DNA of 64,000 bases from contig CAVWVQ010000003.1 of NCBI GenBank assembly GCA_963758525.1, positions 3,648,001-3,712,000 on the forward strand, in the 5' to 3' direction. Made by a program: the position numbers and the translations under genes. Positions 55,900 to 64,000 of this stretch are shown one piece after another. This DNA is from an uncultured Phycisphaerales bacterium (GTDB lineage Bacteria > Planctomycetota > Phycisphaerae > Tepidisphaerales > Tepidisphaeraceae). The notes beneath the pieces were generated by a model that worked only from the letters and a program-made list of their open reading frames with translations, searched no databases and was not told the DNA's origin. Numbering within the stretch: the stretch's first letter is position 1; every line of letters starts with the position of its first letter.

Positions 55900-56285
55900 G
55901 CCGCGGCTCCCGCCGGCGCGGATCGGGCGATCAACGCAAACTCGGCGCGTTTCTGATCGGCGACGAAGAGGCGCGCCTTGATGGCGAGTTCGCCGTCGCT
56001 GTTGCAGCTCATGTCGGCATCGATGAGCACTTCCTCCCCCGGACGCACAGGCTGAAGCAGCTTGGAATTCTTCAGCCGGCACAACTGCAGATCGCCGATG
56101 CCATGCGCGGCCGCCCCGGCCAGCAGCACCGCCTGCAGCATGCAGATTCCGGGGAAAATGGGTTGAGCCGGAAAATGATCGGCCAGCAGCACGAAATTCG
56201 GATCGAGCATCAGCCGGGCGCGAAAACCGCCTTCGCGCGGTTCGGTGGTCAGCATCGATCGCAACTGCTCGCGTACCGCGTTCAT
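55896..56285 (-). CDS. 3-hydroxyacyl-ACP dehydratase-like (FabZ/ApeI hotdog)
   Basis: HFPAQPIFPG, KLLQPVRPG. Confidence 0.85.
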   Translation of the reverse strand: MNAVREQLRSMLTTEPREGGFRARLMLDPNFVLLADHFPAQPIFPGICMLQAVLLAGAAAHGIGDLQLCRLKNSKLLQPVRPGEEVLIDADMSCNSDGELAIKARLFVADQKRAEFALIARSAPAGAAA

Positions 56286-56288
56286 GCG

Positions 56289-57122
56289 TTATTGCTTTTG
56301 CCAATCACGGTTCTTCACGACGATTCGGTAGAAGTACCGGCTATTGTCCATCACGATCCCACGCGGGTAAAGCCCGCCGCCGGCGGCGACGTAATCGAAG
56401 TATTGCACGCGCCAGATGGTGCCGAAGAACCCGGCCTGCCGTTTTTCCAGCAGGACCGGCGGATTTGCGCCCAGCTCGAAGATCAGCGTTCCCTGCTGGT
56501 CGCGCTGGTTATAACGCACAAAAGTGCGGCGCGGTTCCGCCACGGCGGAGGCGGGGGGGGCCAGATCGAAATACATTCGCCGAACGTCGTTTGCGACCGA
56601 GAGCAGCAGATCCTGATGCTGATCGAGCGGCGGAATCGCAAAGCGCACCACGCTGTTCCGCCGATCGCCGCCCACTGCAAAGAGCTGGACCCCCAGTTGA
56701 TTGAGACCAACAAGGTCGAACGTTCCCGCGATTCGATCGACGCGGACGACGCCGAGCACGGCCAGATCGTGAAACGGCGCGTGGATGATCACGGTGTCGT
56801 CAGAAATGAACTGCGGCGGGATCGAACGGGCGACGCTTTCGCGCATCGCCTGGGGATCGGGGTTGACGAGCACGGGCAGAGTGCCGCGCGAGAACGGTTC
56901 GTGCGCGCAGCCAGTGAGTATCGAGAACAATACCAGCGTCAGCGCGATTCCCCCTCCGACGGCCGGCCCGCACCCTGGCCCTCCCCCGGAATACCAGGGC
57001 AGGGAAAGGAGGGAGTCGTATCTTGCGATGCGCCGCTGGCTCTTCGCCGCCGGCGGCATGGAGCACCGGAGGAGGGGAAAACCAGATTCGCAGCCGATCC
57101 GCTCGCTCGCAGCTCTACTCAC
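56289..57122 (-). CDS. DUF3261-like lipoprotein of aryl-polyene-type clusters
   Basis: Lipobox ILTGC, LVGLNQLGVQLF; position between MMPL and the dehydratase. Start uncertain. Confidence 0.65.
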   Translation of the reverse strand: MSRAASERIGCESGFPLLRCSMPPAAKSQRRIARYDSLLSLPWYSGGGPGCGPAVGGGIALTLVLFSILTGCAHEPFSRGTLPVLVNPDPQAMRESVARSIPPQFISDDTVIIHAPFHDLAVLGVVRVDRIAGTFDLVGLNQLGVQLFAVGGDRRNSVVRFAIPPLDQHQDLLLSVANDVRRMYFDLAPPASAVAEPRRTFVRYNQRDQQGTLIFELGANPPVLLEKRQAGFFGTIWRVQYFDYVAAGGGLYPRGIVMDNSRYFYRIVVKNRDWQKQ

Positions 57123-59490
57123 GCTCTCCTCCAAAGCCGCCACTTTTCCAGCAGGTAGCACGCGCCGGGAATGCCGATGAACGCGGTGAGATAGCCGGTG
57201 AGCACGCCGGAGGTCATGCTGACGCCGACGAGGTGCAACGCCGGATGATGCGCGAAGATGAGCGACGCGGTGCCGGCGAGCGTGGTGAGCGACGACAGAT
57301 GCATCGACGCCATTCCCTGACCTAGCATGCGCTCGTTTCCATCCCACGCATACGCCGCGAACACGCCGTAGTCGCTGGCGAGTGCCATGATCAGAATCGC
57401 GACCACGACGCTGACGACGCTGATGGACAATGAGAGCGTCGTGAGCGTCGCCAGCATGAAAATGACGCCGCAGATGGCCGGCAGCATGATGATCGTCGAC
57501 TTCAGCACGCTTCGCGTGAGCAGCAGCAGCGACACGACGATGAACGCGGCGCTGACGCTGACGAGCAGGCGATTCTCCGCCACCGCCGACTCGGCAAACG
57601 CCTGGCTGAGCGCGCGCCGGGAGACCACTTGCGCTTCGGGATGGCCGGCGATCAATCCGCGGACGGATGCGACGTTTTGCTCAGTGTCCTCAAAGTAGCT
57701 GAGAACCTGATGATCGCCGTTGGCGGTGGCGAGGAATTGCTGCTCGATCGTCGCGAGAATCGGATTGGAGGAGTCATCCGGCGGCGGCTGGGTCAGGCTG
57801 TCGAAGAACGGATCAAACGCATTGGGAGCAAAGCCGAACGGGGCGGCTGCGGCGGCGACGTCGCGTCGAACGTCGGCAATCCGCCGGGGCGTCCAGAACG
57901 CGCGCCAGCGCGTCTGGTTCTCCTGCCGGGTTTGCGACGAAGGCCAGAAGCTCGCCAGCGACGTGAACGAACCCTGCGGGACATGTCCCGCTATGACCTT
58001 GTACAGGCGATCGTTGGCCTCCTCGGCGTCTTCGAGCGATTTGCCGGAGACCGCCAGCAGCGCCATCTCCGCGTCGGTGCGTCCCCATGTCTTCTGAAAA
58101 TTCGCCTCGTTTTCCTTCACGGCAGCGCTGACGCCGTCGAGGGTGCTGATGTCGGAGTTGAAACTGATCTTTCGCCCGACGACGCACGCCACCAGCAGCG
58201 CGGCTGCGCCGAGGATTGTCAGCGGCACCATTCTCCGGCCCCACTGCCGCAGGGGCGGCCCCTGGCCCAGCGCCATGATCTTGCCGCCGGGCTTGACGAT
58301 TACGGGAAGAACAAACAGCGCGCCCAGCAGCGAAAGCACCAGGGAGACGCTGGTGAGATAGCCGAGCTGGCGGTAGGCGGGAATGTGCGAGAAGAGCAGG
58401 GCGATGAAGACGCCCAGCGTGGTGAGATGGCAGATGATCAGCGGGCGCTGGATGCGGCGGACGTCGGCCTGAGGATCGTTGCCGAGCCAGACCGCGGTGT
58501 ACACGAAAATGCCGTAATCGACGGCGCTGCCCGCCATCGTCGCGGCCAGGCCGATGACGATGGTGGAGAGATGCGGGAAGACCAGCGCGCACATGCCGAT
58601 GGTCGCCGCGATGGTGATGACCGGAAGCAGAAAGACCGCCGCCACCCGCCAGTCGCGGCAGATGACCAGAAAAAGCAGCACGAACGCGATGCTGTTGATG
58701 AGGGCGGCGCGGTTGATGTCGCTCTGCATCAGTTGATTGTTCTGCTCTGTGTGAATCTGCGCAGATCGGCGTGATCTGAATGCCGGGCGGCGCCGCGGCG
58801 CAGATGGCATTGAGATGTTTCACCAGTGCCGAGGAACCCGCCAGGCTCGTCGCGGTGGTGGAAGTTTCCATCGGCAGCATCAATTGCCGGCCGTCGGGGT
58901 GAAGCAGATGGCCGTCCTTGACCTCAACGCGAAAGTTAATGCCGTTGGTGAGATCGAGCAGGCGCTTGAGAATGCGCGATTCCACGCCCAGCGGATCGCG
59001 GCGGATCACCGGCTGAAAAAACGAACCCTCCGGCTTGAGAAGCTGCAGATAGCATTCGCGCATTCGCTTGCGCAGCGCATCGGGCGCGGTCGCTTTTTCC
59101 ACCTCGGCCAGGTCGCTGGCATTGAGCAATTCGCCGGCATGGTCCATCAGGGCGATTGCCTGGGCGAGCGCATTCGCCTCGCCGGGCGGATGCAGCACGC
59201 GGCTGATCAACGTCGGATCGAGCTTCTTCTCCGTTTCGTCAGCCGCCGCGATCAGATCCTGCGTCGATCCGCCGTCGGTCAGCCGAAACCAGAGAACCGC
59301 CTTGGCGGCGAAGCTGGAATCGCGCAGAAACAAAATGGTGCGCCGCGCCTCGCTGTTCTCCGGCAGCAGCGGCTCCAGTGAACTGTCGATGTGCAGCCGA
59401 AACCAGCCGCAGACGGACAGCAAACCGATCACCAGCGCGCACAGCGAAATCCAGCGCGTCAGCGGCCGGCTTGCGCGGTGCGTCGCTCAT
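57119..59490 (-). CDS. MMPL/RND family exporter, frameshifts near 58760 and 59470
   Basis: RRDPLG, GSAVDYGIF, ALASDYGVF; two TM bundles. Confidence 0.85.
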
Positions 59491-59808
59491 GGGATCGATC
59501 TGGGCCGATGACGATTCAGCCGATGCTTTCCCCCTCCCCTTGCACTCCGGGGGAGGGCTGGGGTGGGGGCGGGCTGTATTTTCAAATGGCAAACATTGCT
59601 CCGATCACCAACGCTGAGTCCATGAAACTGCATGATCCCAAGTCGCGCCTAACCTTCGACTGATTTCATCGAGCGTGAACAACCTTCCGGCCGGCGCTGC
59701 CCCCGCCCTGGCCTTCCCCCGGAGTACCAGGGGAGGAGAAAACAGTTCCTCCCACCCTGACCGTTCCTCCCGGAGTTGCAGCAAGGAGAAAGCGACTCTC
59801 CTAACATG

Positions 59809-60672
59809 TCACTGAGCCGGCGGAATCGCCCATGTCTCTTTCGGAATCGGCTGATTGATTTTGGTGTCCTTGAATTGCAGCGTGGTCACGTCGCCGCTCG
59901 CTTCCGTCACGACCATTTTATCAATGTATTGCTCGCTCTTGCCGAACGTGAGATCGATCTGCTTGATTACCTTCGCAACCATCGACTGGCCCTTGGGAAC
60001 GAAGAGGAGCCGCAGAGGATGCTCGCCTTCGAGTTCGGCGTCGTACCCGTCACCGAGTGTCTTCAGGTCGCCCATGAACCACGCCTGCAACTGCTGATTG
60101 ACCGCGGCGAACGTGGGATCGCCGCCGAGGTGAATCACCTGCACCTGATTCGTGTCTTCGTCCCATTGGCGGATTTCCTCGCCCTCAATGCGGATGGCGT
60201 ATTTCACCGGATCGCGGACGATCCAGACCAGCTTGTCGGGCTTCTGCAGCGCAAATCGGCCGGAGATCGTCACCTTGTGATTCAGCACGGAGAGCTGCTT
60301 TTCCTGCGTAAAGTCCGCCTGCACGGTGTCGACCGTTTTGAGCTGTTGCTGAAGATGTTCGAGCACCTCCAGCGAGACGCGCGTGGTCGGGCCGGGATCG
60401 GCGGCGGGTTGGGTCGCGGGAATCTCCGCGTGGAGAGCGCTGACCGACGCAAAAACAAAAAAGGAAGTCACGAAAAGGCAGGTTGGATGTTTCCATCGCG
60501 ATAACGTTCTTCCCCCTCTCCCGGTACTCCGGGAGAGGGTCGGGGTGAGGGTGCCTTGGAATGGCGAAAGGCTCGCGACACTCCGAATCACCCTCACCCT
60601 CTCCCGGAGTACCGGGAGAGGGGACCAGAAAGTCGTTCGACCGAGGTCAGCGATTAATGCAGTCAAGTTCAT
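59809..60672 (-). CDS. LolA-like outer-membrane lipoprotein/lipid carrier
   Basis: VQADFTQEK, GRFALQKPDKLVW, EASGDVTTLQF; ATGA-coupled start. Confidence 0.82.
   Translation of the reverse strand: MNLTALIADLGRTTFWSPLPVLRERVRVIRSVASLSPFQGTLTPTLSRSTGRGGRTLSRWKHPTCLFVTSFFVFASVSALHAEIPATQPAADPGPTTRVSLEVLEHLQQQLKTVDTVQADFTQEKQLSVLNHKVTISGRFALQKPDKLVWIVRDPVKYAIRIEGEEIRQWDEDTNQVQVIHLGGDPTFAAVNQQLQAWFMGDLKTLGDGYDAELEGEHPLRLLFVPKGQSMVAKVIKQIDLTFGKSEQYIDKMVVTEASGDVTTLQFKDTKINQPIPKETWAIPPAQ
60511..60625. repeat. CCCTCTCCC-family REP doublet inside the 5' end of the LolA-like gene
   Basis: cccctctcccggtactccgggagagggtcggggtgaggg ... ccctcaccctctcccggagtaccgggagagggg. Confidence 0.9.
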
Positions 60673-62177
60673 ACAAGCATCGCCTTCTCCGCTTCCACGC
60701 TGGGACGCCAGACTTTCAGTTCGCCGCTGGCCAGGAATCTGCCATCCTCGTGAGAGACGGTTCCTTCGACAACCCCGAAATCGCCGAAACGCGCGACCTT
60801 TTTCACGTCGACGAACAGGCGGTCTCCCGCGTGAGCCGTTCCCTCGATCCTGAGGTCCTTGACGCCCAGCAGCATTCCGCGATGCAGCGACTGTTCGTCG
60901 GCAGAAAGATGAAATCCATGCGACGCGGCAAACGACTGGGCGATCATCTCGATGTAAGCGGCTTCGTCCAGCCGGCCGGATTCGTCGACGAAAAGCGAAT
61001 CGGATCGGACGACGAATTCGGTGCGCGCAGAGCGCTCCCCGACGGCGATGATGCGATCGACCATCCGGATGCGCGGACCATGCGGAATCATGCCGCCGAT
61101 CGGCGCCGGCAGCGCGGGGATCGCCGTTCCCTCCGCTTTCCAGCAAAGCTGATCGCCGGCGAGATAGTCGCCGGTGAGCTGATATGCCGAGCCCCGGCAG
61201 CCGTAGCAGTCGGTCGTTTTGGAGCACGTTCGGCACGGCTCTTTCACCTTCTGTCCGAATGCGCGGAGATTTTCCAGCACTTCGCTCTCATCGAGGATTG
61301 TTCGCAGCGATTCGGTGCGAATATTTCCCAGCGGAATCGTGACGCCGACACAGGCAAAGATCGTTCCGCAGGGAGTGACATGACAGGCGAAGAGGTGCCG
61401 CTTGCACGAACGCCCGGTCAACTCCGGCGGATGCTCCCAAGTTTTGCCGAACTCGTCGCGGTCGATGCGACCCAGCTCGTTGAACAGTTGCCGGGCGCGC
61501 TGCGGCGCGACGACCCGGCCGGACGCATCGGCAGACGAACGGGGGCTGATCATTTGAAGGTAAGGTTCGACGCCGAGCGATCGCGTGCGCCGCCACCAAT
61601 CGGGCAAGGCTTCAATGTTGTCGTTGCGAACGGCCACGCGCGCTGCAAGAGGTGGTGCATCCGCTGAACAATAGCCGGCCTTCCGAAGCACATCGATCGC
61701 GACAGATGAGCCGAGAAGCGGATCGACTTTCAGCACGACAGCGACGTGTCGATTGCGCATGAACTCCGCCAGCTCCGAGTTGAGGCAGTCGCCGTCGGCA
61801 AATAGCTCGATTTCAACATTGCGCACGCGCAGGTGTTCGATCAGCTCCCGCAATCGGGGGGAAAGAATTGGATCGCCCGTTTTTCCGTGTTCGAGGATTG
61901 CCCCGCGCGTCCCACCGGGAGGGGATTCGACCAGGATGAACCGTCGGGCTCCCAGTGCGATCGCCTGATCGGACAAACCCAGAATTTCTTCAATCGACAG
62001 AACCGCTCGCGGCATCAAAGCGCAGGCCTCGCAGTGGCAAGCGATGTCCTCTGAAAGATCCAATTCGATGGAAAGCAGGCCTTTCGCGGCCACGGCCGCG
62101 GCGATTTGCCCGGCGGTAAAGCCGATGCCGCTGACGCGAATGGTGCAGTCGCCGCGCACGCTAATTGGCCTCTCCAC
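60669..62177 (-). CDS. Radical SAM/SPASM-like protein fused to a C-terminal hotdog (FabA/ApeP-like) domain
   Basis: Atypical CHCEAC; SPASM CKRH..C...C...CRTC...CYGCRG...C; C-terminal IPHGPRIRMVD, EMIAQS. Confidence 0.8.
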   Translation of the reverse strand: MERPISVRGDCTIRVSGIGFTAGQIAAAVAAKGLLSIELDLSEDIACHCEACALMPRAVLSIEEILGLSDQAIALGARRFILVESPPGGTRGAILEHGKTGDPILSPRLRELIEHLRVRNVEIELFADGDCLNSELAEFMRNRHVAVVLKVDPLLGSSVAIDVLRKAGYCSADAPPLAARVAVRNDNIEALPDWWRRTRSLGVEPYLQMISPRSSADASGRVVAPQRARQLFNELGRIDRDEFGKTWEHPPELTGRSCKRHLFACHVTPCGTIFACVGVTIPLGNIRTESLRTILDESEVLENLRAFGQKVKEPCRTCSKTTDCYGCRGSAYQLTGDYLAGDQLCWKAEGTAIPALPAPIGGMIPHGPRIRMVDRIIAVGERSARTEFVVRSDSLFVDESGRLDEAAYIEMIAQSFAASHGFHLSADEQSLHRGMLLGVKDLRIEGTAHAGDRLFVDVKKVARFGDFGVVEGTVSHEDGRFLASGELKVWRPSVEAEKAMLV

Positions 62178-62952
62178 CGGCTTCGATCGTATCCAGATGC
62201 GCGCGAATCCGGTCTCGCGCCAGATTCTTCAGTTGGTAGGGGCTCATGCCACCATGCTCCTCGGGCTTGATTGCCGGCAGTTTTGTGAACGTGATCCGGC
62301 CGGGGTGCAGGAGCAATGAGCCTTTGTGCGGGATGTCCTCGTTTCCTGCGATCGCAATAGGCACGACGCTCACGCCCGCCCGCTGTGCAAGCCGGAACGA
62401 AGAGCCGTGGAACGGACCGAGCTTCCGGGAGCCCGAGCGCGTGCCCTCGGGGAACGCGATGATGGAGCAGCCGACGGAAAGCAGTTTCGCGCCGGCTTCC
62501 ATGAATTCCTCGAAAGGCATCTCCCGCACTTTGAGGTATTCACCTTTTGTCGCAAGCGTCCCCATGACGGGCATGTGAGCGGGCCAGATGTTCAACACCT
62601 GCACGGTTTCAATCGGCAGATAGGCCATCAGGAAACCATCGGAGAGAGAGCGATGATTGGCGACAAATACGCAGGGCATTTTCTGGTCTGGCTCGAGATC
62701 GATAAATCGCACCCGGACAAACGGCCAGCCGCAGCGGACGATCATCGCTCCATAATAACTGATGCCGCGGCGGGTCAGTCGTTTGGTCAGCCGGCGGTTG
62801 CGCGATGCGTAGTGGACCAGTGTCACGAACGAGGCGACTGCAACGCCATAGATCACGGAGAGAATCGGCGCCATGATCCAGAAGATGAGATTCAGGGCGA
62901 CGAATTGGGCCCGCCACAGGATCGAGCGGCGATGCGCCACCTGCCGTGACAT
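62161..62952 (-). CDS. Lysophospholipid (PlsC-like) acyltransferase
   Basis: ANHRSLSD, FPEGTRS. Confidence 0.9.
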   Translation of the reverse strand: MSRQVAHRRSILWRAQFVALNLIFWIMAPILSVIYGVAVASFVTLVHYASRNRRLTKRLTRRGISYYGAMIVRCGWPFVRVRFIDLEPDQKMPCVFVANHRSLSDGFLMAYLPIETVQVLNIWPAHMPVMGTLATKGEYLKVREMPFEEFMEAGAKLLSVGCSIIAFPEGTRSGSRKLGPFHGSSFRLAQRAGVSVVPIAIAGNEDIPHKGSLLLHPGRITFTKLPAIKPEEHGGMSPYQLKNLARDRIRAHLDTIEAGGEAN

Positions 62953-62956
62953 CCAT

Positions 62957-63217
62957 TCACGCCTTCTGCTGCTCACCGCGAATGAGGATCAGGTAATTAT
63001 AGAGATCCTGCATGCTGCGAATGGATCGCACGCGTTCATCGTCGCGGACTTGCACGCCGAACCGCTTTTGAATTGCCGCCACCAGATCGACCACGTCGAG
63101 GCTGTCCAGTCCCAGGTCGCTGAAGATCTGTGCGTCAGGCGTGAGCTTTTCCCGCGGAATCTCGAAGGAATCCGCGAACACCTCGTTCACCGCATCGATC
63201 AGCTCGGGGTTGGTCAT
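62957..63217 (-). CDS. Acyl carrier protein
   Basis: DLGLDSLD motif. Confidence 0.93.
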   Translation of the reverse strand: MTNPELIDAVNEVFADSFEIPREKLTPDAQIFSDLGLDSLDVVDLVAAIQKRFGVQVRDDERVRSIRSMQDLYNYLILIRGEQQKA

Positions 63218-63364
63218 GCACTCTCTTGCCCGCCGATTCGGAATCTAACGGTGGCCGGGCGCGAATGCAACCAGAACCCGTTTCGCCAGCGGCTTTCTCT
63301 GTGGCTCGTGGGCGTCCGGCGCGTCCCGCGCGTGCTGGCGACGTGGAAGCAAGAGGACGTTGGA

Positions 63365-64000
63365 TTATGCGAATTCCATATCGCCGATCGGCAGCTCGGC
63401 GCTTCGGTACATCTCCAGCACGCGATGGATGTCGCCGTCCTGTCTTCGATCGGCATCATTGACGGGCACGTGCTTGCGAATCGCGTCATGCAGTGCTTTG
63501 GCTCTGGTGTGGCATCCCTCGCGGTTACGCAGATCGACGGCCTGGCAAAGGGCGAGTTGCACGACGGCCAGGACCGTCTCGGTCAGCTCCAGCACGCGCA
63601 GCGCGTCTCTGGCGGCGATGGTGCCCATGCTCACTTTGTCCTGATTGTGCGACTCGGTGCTGCGGCTGAAAACGCTGGCGGGCATCGTCAGCTTCAACGC
63701 CTCGGCGGCAAGAGCCGACGCGGTGATCTGCATCGCTTTGAATCCGTGATGGCTCACGTGATCCGGGCCGGCGCGGGCGACGAGATCGGCGGGCAGCCCG
63801 TTGCTGGTGGCGGGATTGCAGATCAGGGCCATCTGGCGATCGATCAGGTCCGCGATGTTGGCGACGGCGATCTTGAGCATGTCCATCGCCATGCAGGGAT
63901 GTCCGCCGTAGAAATTACCACCGTGAAGCACATCGCCGGTGGCGGCGTCGAGGAGGGGATTGTCGTTGGAGCTGTTGATTTCGGTTTCGAGCAGGCCGCG
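63365..64000 (-). CDS. Aromatic amino acid ammonia-lyase (HAL/PAL/TAL family), 5'-truncated by the window edge
   Basis: EINSSNDNPL, HGGNFYG, NGLP, ESHNQDKVSMG. Confidence 0.92.
   Translation of the reverse strand, partial: RGLLETEINSSNDNPLLDAATGDVLHGGNFYGGHPCMAMDMLKIAVANIADLIDRQMALICNPATSNGLPADLVARAGPDHVSHHGFKAMQITASALAAEALKLTMPASVFSRSTESHNQDKVSMGTIAARDALRVLELTETVLAVVQLALCQAVDLRNREGCHTRAKALHDAIRKHVPVNDADRRQDGDIHRVLEMYRSAELPIGDMEFA

Overview
GC-rich bacterial chromosome segment, most likely a planctomycete of class Phycisphaerae. This is an inference from ATQP/TTQP-rich proteins, a 23S-5S rRNA unit with no linked 16S, and a short (~109 nt) 5S rRNA. The left half is mostly housekeeping: SDR, FAD/Fe-S oxidoreductase, UbiD, an ECF sigma/anti-sigma pair, pheS, feoAB, a GT-C glycosyltransferase, YbaK, OmpA, 23S-5S, purKE and xerD. 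The 23S gene carries an ORF-less 401-nt group I intron at the L1931-equivalent site. The right half holds three accessory systems: (1) a sigma54-driven VIT-vWA protein with a GlyGly-CTERM-like tail next to a rhombosortase; (2) an RNA-repair operon hen1-rlaP-rlaP-pnkp bracketed by two toxin-antitoxin pairs; (3) an aryl-polyene-like type II FAS/PKS cluster of at least 19 kb with a flavin halogenase-like gene, a condensation-like acyltransferase, three ACPs, two KS/CLF pairs, an ammonia-lyase and a radical SAM/SPASM-hotdog fusion. The window is dense in REP-like palindromes, short tandem repeats and one MITE. Several of these repeats sit in frame inside proteins (PheS, KS, GT2, LolA-like) or inside intron loops. 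About a dozen single-base frameshifts are present and are probably long-read errors. All family calls come from motif recognition by eye; no database search was run.
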